DNA from: a virus
Lineage: Duplodnaviria > Caudoviricetes
Length of the DNA: 41,723 nucleotides
IMG/VR virus record: IMGVR_UViG_3300021560_000028
Location: 1 to 41,723 of that record
Direction: 5' to 3' (one strand)
Under the pieces are notes generated by a model. That model made no database searches and was not told the origin of the DNA. It saw only the letters and a list, made by a program, of their open reading frames with translations. Numbering within the stretch: the first letter of the stretch is position 1; the number at the start of each line of letters is the position of its first letter. The position numbers were made by a program, and so were the translations under genes. Positions 29,101 to 36,794 of this stretch are shown piece after piece.

Positions 29101-29279
29101 TCGGTCGTGAACTGTACCTGTAGCTGATTACCGGCACACGAAAAGGCAGCAGTGTTATTTGTTGTATTCGAGTAGGACTGTGTTCCGTTATATGCTCCGC
29201 CACCTACCGAGTTATGAGTCCACGTGCCTGTGTAGGTAATAGCAGAACTAGGGTCGTCTGTGAATGCCTCATATAGCAC
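26157..29279 (-). CDS. Large Ser/Gly/Thr-rich putative head fibre with two N-terminal carbohydrate-binding-like domains
   Basis: Two DD....YTGTW...GIDAF-type modules, then many ~20-aa GSSxTxSxxxG repeats. AGGAGG SD. Confidence 0.7.
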   Translation of the reverse strand: MLYEAFTDDPSSAITYTGTWTHNSVGGGAYNGTQSYSNTTNNTAAFSCAGNQLQVQFTTDVNRGIAQIVLDSGPPIVLDTYATAPGTVRSPVLPLTPGMHTVTVTVTGSKNSASSGTYIGIDAFVVSDWGILPNLPATLFGQELDGFSGQTVFIDDASGNPNLAIGSQWVPVAADSRFLNGTYHWTGGGGSCTLTFTGTWVALYGYLGPDQGYASMVLDGGAGVQVDMYRPTAQSKVITYSVSGLAYGTHTLTYQGTASGNPSSSGHTLILDAFMYGSNPLPTATGVLVNVMGINGSAVTPSSGAGTFYDIGVISGTALAVASTSGAVTAIGAISGMSNSGYAMNATGLASTAFGISGSASTVSVANGAVGRVALISGLSATGVNPTGSGVPVVLGTHNGPVTTAHACTVTASPAGAQIVVVTAFGQNGVVCTSLTDTVGNVYALIGNHAINGTTAYCQVWQAQNPVQPFVGGSVITAVPSSNAQCDMMALAIPGCMGFSLVDGEDGVGPATLVTSTGPLSGTFPQSVLAIQYNWSLLNNWNAPTNSLVGGSGTINGNSAGFMSAGWQSAPNASGVSVSSSFTGGAPAWTRMLFTAPVVVAAASGSVVLNAVTSGVSVTASSTSGSLTALGALTGSSVTVSGANGTVVRLGVLAGSSTAASGGSGSVTATGVLAGTSVSVSSTSGTLSNVPVLVGSSATVSTASGTVIRNSVLSGLSATSAGYALGTADIAGSPIIDVSGISSTLSASSGPALTTVMAVSGSSSGVSVATGTMGLEALIFGASSTASSGYGTVAYDYAIVGSSSSVSSGSGTLGTVSPVSGVSSAVVVSSGTVSLEILIEGSSATVSLGGGTLGYIYVINGSSVTVSDAVGVVALEEEISGASTTSSLTYGAIGLEILISGLSATGSAGSGSVVLDIAIDGSSVTVTDGDGSIVLVIEIDGLSATISSGAGSLVDFNAVDGMSSTVSYAHAYINPPFKPTDLPAYIQATIFVCTVPAGIYVEGVEATIYAEVIPALVDADVVDADIYAEVVPATLTTNMG

Positions 29280-29282
29280 AAC

Positions 29283-29570
29283 TCACCTCCTAGGCAGCCT
29301 CACCGGAAGCATGATGACCCGCGACACACGTACAGGAACAATCCCTCCATTCACCGCACATTTACGGCAGATCGCCCCGCCTGCCGAGACGATCGCCGCA
29401 TGTACTGGACATAGCCATATCTGATCACAGTGCGAGATCACAACGCATATGCGATGATACTGTGCGGTAGGTGTAGCGCCACAGATTGTATCCGGACGCA
29501 CCACAGCTTCGCACGGCGGGAACCGGGGAACCTTCAGATCAAAGACCTGAGGTTCTAGCTGTAGACCCAT
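29283..29570 (-). CDS. Cys-rich (zinc-binding?) hypothetical protein
   Basis: ATG 29570 just after the upstream stop; several Cys, including CPVH and CRKC. Confidence 0.55.
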   Translation of the reverse strand: MGLQLEPQVFDLKVPRFPPCEAVVRPDTICGATPTAQYHRICVVISHCDQIWLCPVHAAIVSAGGAICRKCAVNGGIVPVRVSRVIMLPVRLPRR

Positions 29571-29571
29571 G

Positions 29572-30033
29572 TCACACCTGGCAGATGAACCCGACGCCTG
29601 CCGCGCCGGTGCCGGCGGCGGCTTGTAGCGAGTCCCCGATTGCCGGGGTACGTGTGGACGAGAGCAGGAATGCTGCGATCGTGTGGGCCGCAGTCCCGGA
29701 CACCGCGTCGCACGCGATGCCCCAGACGCACGTACCCGGCGCGGCCGTGAATGGCCCCCAGGTAATCTGCGCCGAGTTCCAGAGCTGTGACGGGGACGCC
29801 GCCGATGCCGCCGTGGGGTTGAAGTTCTGCCGCGCGTAGCCGGATGCCGTCGGGTACTCGTTGATCGTTGCGCCGGCCATCGAGACCTCGGTAGATGCGA
29901 GCGCGCCAACCGCCGTGGTCGAGAGCGCTAGGTAGGTGTTCGCGACCGCAGGCGACTGCGCCTTCAGGAACACCGCATTGAGAGCCTGCTGCTCCGCGTA
30001 CTGGAACATCTGTCCTTGAGATAGGTTAGGCAT
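29572..30033 (-). CDS. Virion structural protein (fibre-associated, YLAL...GYARQ...N...I.W type)
   Basis: ATG 30033 with AGGAG SD; motif common in actinophage minor structural proteins. Confidence 0.7.
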   Translation of the reverse strand: MPNLSQGQMFQYAEQQALNAVFLKAQSPAVANTYLALSTTAVGALASTEVSMAGATINEYPTASGYARQNFNPTAASAASPSQLWNSAQITWGPFTAAPGTCVWGIACDAVSGTAAHTIAAFLLSSTRTPAIGDSLQAAAGTGAAGVGFICQV

Positions 30034-30043
30034 CCTACTTCTC

Positions 30044-30301
30044 CTAAGCTGGTAGGAATTGGTTGTCGAATAGAATCGGATCGATCGTTGTGATACGACC
30101 CAGCCCCGTGGAGTCTGTCCACTCGATGATTGGCCATCCTGAGTCGGCATCGAACTCGATGAACTCCACCTCGGTGCCATCGTGAAGATCCAGATTGTGC
30201 ATCTCGTCAGTAAGCGCTGAGCCTTTAGCCTGGCGCCCATAACCGTACACGTCCTGGTTGTGATAAATGAACTTATCACCCATGACCGGCTTCTCGCCCA
30301 T
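30044..30301 (-). CDS. Hypothetical protein
   Basis: TGATG overlap with the upstream gene. Confidence 0.6.
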   Translation of the reverse strand: MGEKPVMGDKFIYHNQDVYGYGRQAKGSALTDEMHNLDLHDGTEVEFIEFDADSGWPIIEWTDSTGLGRITTIDPILFDNQFLPA

Positions 30302-30591
30302 CACTTCTTGCCCTTCTTGGTCCAGGTATCGGGGATGTCCTTGCCCCACCCCTTCGCCTTGGCCACCCTCTTGATGTAGCGCCGGACCTTCTCGTGCTCG
30401 GCCGGGGTATTGGGCCTAGCACGTCCAACCGCCTTGATGGCCGATGCCAGGGAGTTCGGCCCCGTCCGTGCCTGGATCGGGAACCTAGGCGAGTTGGACT
30501 TGTTGGTTTGCGACGGCGGCATTGCCTGCCCCTTGGCCTGTAGGCGTTGCCTGAGCTTCTGTCCCGCTACCGCCGTTCCCGCTGCTGCCAT
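30301..30591 (-). CDS. Basic head-associated protein (DUF6582-like RFPI...AIKAVGRA)
   Basis: RFPI..., AIKAVGRA, VRRYIKR motifs. Confidence 0.6.
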   Translation of the reverse strand: MAAAGTAVAGQKLRQRLQAKGQAMPPSQTNKSNSPRFPIQARTGPNSLASAIKAVGRARPNTPAEHEKVRRYIKRVAKAKGWGKDIPDTWTKKGKK

Positions 30592-31321
30592 TTCTACCAC
30601 TCCAGTACTTTTCCCAGGCCGCTACTGCGTCCTTGCCACTCTTTCCTGCCGTCTCTCGCGACCATTCAGAAGCAAGAGCAAGATTAGCCGAATGCTGGCC
30701 CTGAAATACCGCGCGAGCCAGGCACTGGCAATTATCGTGCGCATGGAATACAATCGTCCCTGCCTTATGTACACCACCGCTAGCAGCAAGCCCAGAACAA
30801 TAGCTACAAGTCCTAGGCTCGACAATACGTTCCCAACCCAATGCGCCGTTGTCATTCGCGACTGCATTTGTTACCGTATCCCGCCCACCATTCAGCACTA
30901 CGCGAATGCTGTTGCCTATAAGATAACGCATAGCCATCTTAGATGCGATGGCCGGTTCGTAACCATTCCCAACGAAGCTGAGGAATTTCTGTAGCCCCGT
31001 ATTCCGAGTTAGTACCGAGAGGTAATCAGGGTTTAGGTACGCTCCTGGCACAGACGTGCCATAATACCCGGCAACTGAACGCGATAGGCCGTAGTACTGC
31101 GCAGCATCCGCAGCAGACATCCCGTGATTCAGGTCTACGATGCCCTGTATGATTGGTTCGAGCGTCTTCCATGTAGTGGCGAAGTTATTAGGATCAACAA
31201 TAGAAGCCCACATACCAGCAATCGATCGCGACACTCCTTGCGCAATCATATTCTGGTTGTTCCTGTATCGCACAAACAGAACACCGCCTGTTTGCGCCGA
31301 CGTACTAGGAAGCCCGTTCAC
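30485..31321 (-). CDS. MuF-like minor capsid / head morphogenesis protein
   Basis: GGRDT, WERIV..TCSYC, HAHDNCQC; GTGA overlap with the portal stop. Confidence 0.78.
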   Translation of the reverse strand: MNGLPSTSAQTGGVLFVRYRNNQNMIAQGVSRSIAGMWASIVDPNNFATTWKTLEPIIQGIVDLNHGMSAADAAQYYGLSRSVAGYYGTSVPGAYLNPDYLSVLTRNTGLQKFLSFVGNGYEPAIASKMAMRYLIGNSIRVVLNGGRDTVTNAVANDNGALGWERIVEPRTCSYCSGLAASGGVHKAGTIVFHAHDNCQCLARAVFQGQHSANLALASEWSRETAGKSGKDAVAAWEKYWSGRNGSSGNGGSGTEAQATPTGQGAGNAAVANQQVQLA

Positions 31322-32886
31322 GGTCCAGCCCCAATAGCAGGCGGCGCACCAGGAACAGCGCCGGGAGTTGGACCAGGCGGGAGCTGTCCGCCCGGAGGAA
31401 TGGGAGCGCCAGGAGGAGCACCAGGAGGCATAGCACCGGCACCAGCCGCAGCTGCCTGCTGTTGCGCTATCATCTGTTGTACGATCTGCTGAGCTTGCTC
31501 CCTCTGGTATGCCAGCTGCCACGACGCGACGTCATCTGACGTAGCTCCAGGCACTCGCGACCACAACTCCTCAGCAGGCACGCCAAGCATCTGCGTCAGC
31601 TTGCCAAGCGCATCAATCGTCGCCGCGAAGGACCGTGCTGACGTGTCGCGCCACAGAATTGTGCCGAACAGGTCATTCCATCCGGCAGTGTTGCCCTGAG
31701 CTAGACACGTAAGTCTGAAGACGTTTCGCCAGGGATCTGTCTGTCCCGCTTGCAGTTCTTCAATCTTCCGGTCGAGTCCGTCGCGAGCAGCTGCGAGCGC
31801 TTCTGCTGACATATTTGCGACCTGTCCCAAAAGATGATACGGCGGAATCTGTGAGACAGTTGACATATGCCGTATTCCATCTTCTCGCACGAGAGAGTAT
31901 GGCTGGAGTGCGGTTTCACCAAATTCTCCAAACTTCGTTGTCGGATCGTCCGACGCCCATACGCGGTCAACGCCCGGCCGGAACGGCATAGTTTCCCGGC
32001 CATCCTCATCGACCGGCGACATACCGGAGACATACCGCTGCCTGAACGCAGCGAACTGCGTCGAGATCATCAGGTTGAACGTGTCGAAGTTGATCTGGTC
32101 CTGGATCGGCATAAGCGGCTCGATCTCGCCTATACAATCCTCTTCGGCATCCAGGTCAACTTCATACAGGAACCGCACTACCGGGCATATACCCATCTCA
32201 TGCGCCGAGATTACCTGCTGCCCGTTGAGCAGAACATCACCTGCTTCCGCAAGATGGATGTTGGCCTGAGACGGATCGACAGCGGCATCGCCGGTTAGTA
32301 TGTACCGGTTCGCTTCATCATAAACGTACACCAACATGCGTGCTGTGCCATTAGGCATGTTGACGACGTTCACCTCGATTGCGAATTGCGGCCACTCATC
32401 ATCTATATCGTCAGCATAGAATGCCGTCATCCTACGCGGGCTAACCGGCCGGATAACCGGCACGTTAGCAGGCTGCTCTTCGTCCGAGGTAAGCTGTCCA
32501 GGCAACACAACGGTGTACGCAGAACCGTACTTGATGACCGCGCGATGAACGCCGTGCTGCCGAGACACCATCCGGTTCGCGCGGAACGCATCCCATTCCG
32601 GAGTAGGCTTCTGCGGAGATGCCATCTCATTAGCCGTCGTGCCGGTCGGCTTGTATCCGTCCACATGGAGGTTCTCTGAGATAACAGAGATGATGAGAGG
32701 CAAAAAGTTCCGCCGTGCCTTCTTGGCTATCCACCGGTACTCAGCATTAACACCGCGCGGGATGTAGGGTGGGTCTTGCCGGCCACGTACGTAGTTCCCG
32801 ATCCGGCGCAGCCTATTCTGTTCAGCCTCTCGCGACGCAAGAGCCTTTTGCGTCGTCTCCACTACCTGATTCGTCCCGATGATCAT
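31318..32886 (-). CDS. Portal protein (SPP1 gp6-like)
   Basis: YVRG, NFLPLI, CPVVRF, GEIEPL..QD.IN, AFRQR, NMSAEAL motifs; follows TerL. Confidence 0.92.
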   Translation of the reverse strand: MIIGTNQVVETTQKALASREAEQNRLRRIGNYVRGRQDPPYIPRGVNAEYRWIAKKARRNFLPLIISVISENLHVDGYKPTGTTANEMASPQKPTPEWDAFRANRMVSRQHGVHRAVIKYGSAYTVVLPGQLTSDEEQPANVPVIRPVSPRRMTAFYADDIDDEWPQFAIEVNVVNMPNGTARMLVYVYDEANRYILTGDAAVDPSQANIHLAEAGDVLLNGQQVISAHEMGICPVVRFLYEVDLDAEEDCIGEIEPLMPIQDQINFDTFNLMISTQFAAFRQRYVSGMSPVDEDGRETMPFRPGVDRVWASDDPTTKFGEFGETALQPYSLVREDGIRHMSTVSQIPPYHLLGQVANMSAEALAAARDGLDRKIEELQAGQTDPWRNVFRLTCLAQGNTAGWNDLFGTILWRDTSARSFAATIDALGKLTQMLGVPAEELWSRVPGATSDDVASWQLAYQREQAQQIVQQMIAQQQAAAAGAGAMPPGAPPGAPIPPGGQLPPGPTPGAVPGAPPAIGAGP

Positions 32887-34551
32887 GAAAAACTCCATAC
32901 TCTGCGCTTGCCGCTCTTGGCTGCCATAGCCCGGCGTTCCTTGTACGCTTTAGATCCGAGTACAAGCCGACGAGCATGCCTCGCGCCAATCATACAAACA
33001 CAGGCGTCGATTTTCTTTGGCGACTTAGGTGCTTCCTTACCAATACTTATGCCCCAGCGGTTCGGCCGACGCCGAGCATTAACAACGTGCCGTCCTAGCG
33101 CCGAGTCTCCATCATGCCAGAATACTGGATCACCCGGAGACTCGATTTCGCTAAGCACCATCTCGCATGCCTGCGTAAACTCCGCAGTATGCGAGCGCAT
33201 ATCCCATGCTACAGGCTGTGGATCACGCCCAGAAGGGACAGCCCATATATCAAGGCCCTCTTCAAACCACTCACGCCACGTAATCTTCGTTGACTCTTCC
33301 CACTCATTGACGTCCGCGAAGAATGCGCAAACATTCCACTTCTCTTGTGCCGACCGTATAGCAAAGTGGACTTCATCAACCGGTACATTACGCGTACCCA
33401 GCGGCTCCCAAACACCAAGAGTGAAAACGAAACCAGTTTCCACATGACATCCAACCAGTGCAGTAGCGTCATCAGTCCTCGATCCATCGAAGAACATAGT
33501 AATATCGTCGCCGTCATTGATCCTGAATTCTGGATCTGACAGTCGTGCCCACTTCTGCTGCGTGGTCCACGCATCCTCGGCCGACTCCGGCCAGTTTAGG
33601 TAGAATCGCTTGGACACATCTAGCGGCGTACGCGGCGAGAGGATACGATTCTCAACGATATCATCAGTATCAGCCCAGAAAGCATCGCCATACGCGAATT
33701 CAACCGCCTTGCGTATGGATGATACGTCATCGAAATCAACATCAGGAGGGGCCATTCGCGAATCATACAGGATCTTACCCTTCCCTTTGAGCTTGCCCTC
33801 TTCTTGCGACACCCACGCATCGAATGTAGTCTCGGCTACCGTCCCCGCGCCCGGCTCCCAGGCATTTGACGTCTCGATAATCCGCGAGCCGGACTTACCA
33901 ACATTACGGTCCATGACTTCGGCAAGCGCTATTCCTCCGTTGGTGGCAGTGAACGACTCGGTCTGATCAAGTATCGCAAAGGTGACAAGAGCACCCTCTT
34001 CGGTAGTTGGCGAACTCGTGATGACCATGAGTTGTCCTCCGCCTGGCACATGGAATATTGTCTTGCCAGCTTCGACATCATAGTCTCGCAGGATTCGCGA
34101 TTTCTTGGGCAGTAGCGCCCGCACCATCCGCATTGTGTTGACGTTGGCCTGGTCATGTGACGTTGCGCCAATCTGTACGAGCGGCATCGACACCGCTTTC
34201 CCAACGACGCCGCCCGGCGCGTCGGAGTCCCATCGCCAGAAGCGGACAGGCGCGAGTAGCTCGATCATCGCCAACACCGCGGCAAACGGAGACTTCCCGG
34301 CACCTTTTGGGTACCGGCGCACTCCGTGATAGAACATCCAGCGCCCCTCGGGCGTTAGCGCATACCACCAAAGTATGAATCGCACTTGCGATTCCGTGAA
34401 CTCCCACCGGTTCCCGGCGTCCGGCCCGTCTGGCTGCTTGAGGTAAAAGGTACTTGGATGCCCAGTGAATCGCTTCCCACCCAAGCGTAAGCTCAGGCAA
34501 GCCTTCAGGAAGCGTAACCAGTCTGTCACGTGGCGCTACCAATGTACTCAT
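32883..34551 (-). CDS. terL: Terminase large subunit; needs recoding (7-nt bypass or +1 shift) at TAC CTT TTA C CTC, 34452-34440
   Basis: 5' frame MSTLVAPRDRL..LTLGWEAIHWASKYL joins the 3' frame KQPDG...PKGAGKS (Walker A), FDGS..DD, KIDA. GAGGTG SD before ATG 34551. Confidence 0.9.
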
Positions 34552-34573
34552 TCAATCACCACCTCTCGCAAAC

Positions 34574-35398
34574 CTACTTGGTAGCTACATACGTAGCGAG
34601 TTGCTTCATCACGGCCGCACTCGGCTTAGCGACCTGCGCCCTGCCGCCCTTGGCCGGATGAGCAGTCAGGCCCTTCGGCGGCTTTGGTGCTGCGATACGC
34701 CGCTGTGCCGCAACCTTGTGAGCTGCCTTCCGTACTGCGGTCTTCTTCCTTGCCGGTGCCTTCTTCTTGGCCTTAGCCTTAGCCTTGGCCGCCGCCTTCT
34801 TGTGGCTGTGCAGGTATATCCCGAGCCTAGCCAGCCCCATGCCTAGCCGGGCAGCCCCGCCGAGCGCACGCCCCGCCCCAAGCAGGCCGCGTCCCAGTCC
34901 GCCGCGACGGCGCTGTTGCCTACGCTGCTTGTCCCGCTTCTTGCGTTCCTCCTCGCGCTTCTTGTCGCTGGCCGCGCGTTCCTCACGCCTTGCCTTGTCG
35001 CGCTCAGCGAAGTCCTTGTTGCGTTGCTCCCGGTCAGCCGCCCTGGACGCATCCCGCGCGGCGTCACGCCGCCTGGTCTCCTCGGTGATGCTCTGATGTA
35101 GGGCTTCCTTCCGGGCCTGTAGCTGCTCCTGCCTAGCGACACCATACTGTGCCATCGCCTTGTGGAGTTCTTCTCGCGAGATCCCAGCTGACCTAGCTTC
35201 GCGGCCCGCAGTCTCGACTGCCATCCTGTCCTGTAGTATCTGATGACGCCGAAGAGCAGTCTTCTCATCGCGCGTAATCGTGTCCGCCGCGCCGCGTTCG
35301 ATTTTGCGAATGGCATTGCGGACGTGCTTGTGGTGTTCGCCGCCAAAGATCCAGCGCCCGTGGAACCCCCGGATCTCAGCCGGGTTGAAGTCAACCAT
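34574..35398 (-). CDS. Highly basic Arg/Lys/Ala-rich protein with N-terminal FNPxExR..GRW motif
   Basis: Lies between terS and terL; coiled-coil middle and histone-like KA-rich tail. Confidence 0.65.
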   Translation of the reverse strand: MVDFNPAEIRGFHGRWIFGGEHHKHVRNAIRKIERGAADTITRDEKTALRRHQILQDRMAVETAGREARSAGISREELHKAMAQYGVARQEQLQARKEALHQSITEETRRRDAARDASRAADREQRNKDFAERDKARREERAASDKKREEERKKRDKQRRQQRRRGGLGRGLLGAGRALGGAARLGMGLARLGIYLHSHKKAAAKAKAKAKKKAPARKKTAVRKAAHKVAAQRRIAAPKPPKGLTAHPAKGGRAQVAKPSAAVMKQLATYVATK

Positions 35399-35846
35399 CG
35401 TCCGTCCCCGTCCTCACTATGCCGAGACGTCCGTGCCACTTGATCACGGCATCGTCAGCCGCTTCCTCATCCTGATCAGTGACATCCTGATCAGTGAGTT
35501 CGATTCTGTTCTTCTTGCGGTCGATGACCGTCACGCCGAGCCGAGCCGACAGCCGCTCGAATACCGGCAGTAGGTTCGCCCGGTACGTACGCAGGAAGAT
35601 GTCATAGATCTGCGCCGCCATGACGGCCGTAGCCCAGTCGGAAGCCTCATAGAACTCCGACTGGCCGCTAAGCGCTAGCGCCCGGAACCAGGACTGTGCC
35701 TGCGGATGCCAGTTCGGATTCGCCTCTGGGATCGGGATGTCCTTGCGCTTAGACTCCCCGGTCGACACAGCCAGGAAGCGCGGGTCATCACCGCCACCAG
35801 TACCCGCGCCCGTACGATTCTCAGGCTTCTTCTTTGGAGCAGGCAT
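35391..35846 (-). CDS. terS: Terminase small subunit
   Basis: PEANPNWHP.A..WF..L..SGQ..FYEASDWA...LG.T..DR...RIEL actinophage TerS pattern. Confidence 0.85.
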   Translation of the reverse strand: MPAPKKKPENRTGAGTGGGDDPRFLAVSTGESKRKDIPIPEANPNWHPQAQSWFRALALSGQSEFYEASDWATAVMAAQIYDIFLRTYRANLLPVFERLSARLGVTVIDRKKNRIELTDQDVTDQDEEAADDAVIKWHGRLGIVRTGTDDG

Positions 35847-36031
35847 AACTTACCCTTCGGCATAACTGGCCCGTCTCCCGACTTCCAGTCCTTCGGCACC
35901 ACGCCCGCGCCATGGCAGATCTTACACACGTGCGCGTCGACCGAGCCGGTGCCATTGCACGGCGGACATATCTTCTCGTCGGGGCCAGGTTCCCGATGCT
36001 TCTGGATCGGGACAAATGGGGCAGGAGGCAT
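35675..36031 (-). CDS. Small DnaJ-type zinc-finger protein (2x CxxCxGxG); probably effectively ends at TTA 35848-35846 (61 aa)
   Basis: CPPCNGTG...CKICHGAG. Sequence after the TTA is an off-frame read of terS. Confidence 0.65.
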   Translation of the reverse strand: MPPAPFVPIQKHREPGPDEKICPPCNGTGSVDAHVCKICHGAGVVPKDWKSGDGPVMPKGKLCLLQRRSLRIVRARVLVAVMTRASWLCRPGSLSARTSRSQRRIRTGIRRHSPGSGR

Positions 36032-36360
36032 AACAACATCTCACCTTCAGTATGTACATCACGAGCACCACGAATGACACCCGGATGTGGGTCTTGCGGC
36101 CTCTTGCGCAACGTGTGTCGTACGTTGCTTTGTAGATTTGACCGCCGACGATGGTGTGACAAGCAAAGACCCCGCAGCATCTCCAGGCGATGGTCATTGG
36201 CATCGCCCATGTGGTCGCACTCAGTCGCATCCTGTCCGCAAGGCCCCTCTTCATCATGGAGTAGGCCCCATTGGCATACGCGATCCCGCGCCAGAACAAT
36301 CATGCGTAGACGCCCCCACCCTGGAGGCAGGGGCGTCTTGCGCCAGCTACCGGCGCTCAT
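35821..36360 (-). CDS. Packaging-associated HNH endonuclease; probably effectively ends at TTA 36033-36031 (109 aa)
   Basis: LP.GW..LR..VL.RD..CQ...ATECDH...DH....LRGLC..HH...RP...HPG. First gene of the late operon. Confidence 0.8.
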   Translation of the reverse strand: MSAGSWRKTPLPPGWGRLRMIVLARDRVCQWGLLHDEEGPCGQDATECDHMGDANDHRLEMLRGLCLSHHRRRSNLQSNVRHTLRKRPQDPHPGVIRGARDVHTEGEMLLCLLPHLSRSRSIGNLAPTRRYVRRAMAPARSTRTCVRSAMARAWCRRTGSRETGQLCRRVSYACSKEEA

Positions 36361-36509
36361 AGGGACACCCTGAGGGAAGTGCCCGAGCGCACCGTCGCAC
36401 TACCACCGGACGCAGGACAAGGGAATGATCCCGCGCCACAAACCTCCATTGGGCCGAAACCCTCCATCCTGATCCACCGCCTCAGTGCGACATTCGGTGC
36501 CTAGGTAGT

Positions 36510-36538
36510 ATCGTACTCGATCGCGACCGATCCGTCTA
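36510..36538 (-). promoter_or_regulatory. Late operon promoter: -35 TAGACG, 17 nt, -10 TACGAT
   Basis: Same -35 hexamer and spacing as the 25499-25527 promoter. Confidence 0.65.
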
Positions 36539-36570
36539 GACCCGAATCGGATTAGCCCGACGACGGTCGA

Positions 36571-36768
36571 CTACGGCATAATCGTCCATTTGACCTTAGA
36601 CTTTGCCGTACGCCTTGAAACGGCTCCGGCAACCTCCAAAGCCGCTAGCAAAGAAAACGCCCGATAAGGGTCTGAAATACCTGCTCCAATCGAGATTTCA
36701 TAGGCCGTAGAACCCGGATTTTCGACTAGCCAGTTTAGCATCTTGATAGCGTCTTCCCGGTCGTTCAT
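36571..36768 (-). CDS. Small winged-helix DNA-binding protein
   Basis: L..NPGSTAYEI...AGI.....F.LL..LE.AG.V wHTH pattern; GAAGGG SD. Confidence 0.65.
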   Translation of the reverse strand: MNDREDAIKMLNWLVENPGSTAYEISIGAGISDPYRAFSLLAALEVAGAVSRRTAKSKVKWTIMP

Positions 36769-36794
36769 TTTGCACCCTTCTCAAACGCTTCCGG

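Noticed and set aside
29571-29909. Long 5' extensions in the ORF track (29909, 30279, 31522, 8353, 24838 starts)
   Set aside because: They overlap upstream genes in another frame. Downstream starts with SD or stop-start overlaps fit better.
30485-30591. 107-nt overlap between MuF-like gene and next gene as a further TTA junction
   Set aside because: No in-frame TTA there; it looks like an ordinary run-on overlap.
33955-33985. TerL Walker B reads ILDQTE rather than DE
   Set aside because: Actinophage terminases vary at this motif and a Glu follows closely; not evidence of inactivation.
34447-34529. ORF-track start of TerL at 34529 (MTDWLRF...)
   Set aside because: No SD, not TerL-like, and it contains two TTAs only because it is the wrong frame. 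The SD-led start at 34551 has the TerL-like N-terminus.
32883-34551. terL as a pseudogene or simple sequencing frameshift
   Set aside because: The rest of the genome looks intact, and the lesion is a matched-codon insert around the avoided TTA, paralleled in dnaE. An error cannot be fully excluded without reads.
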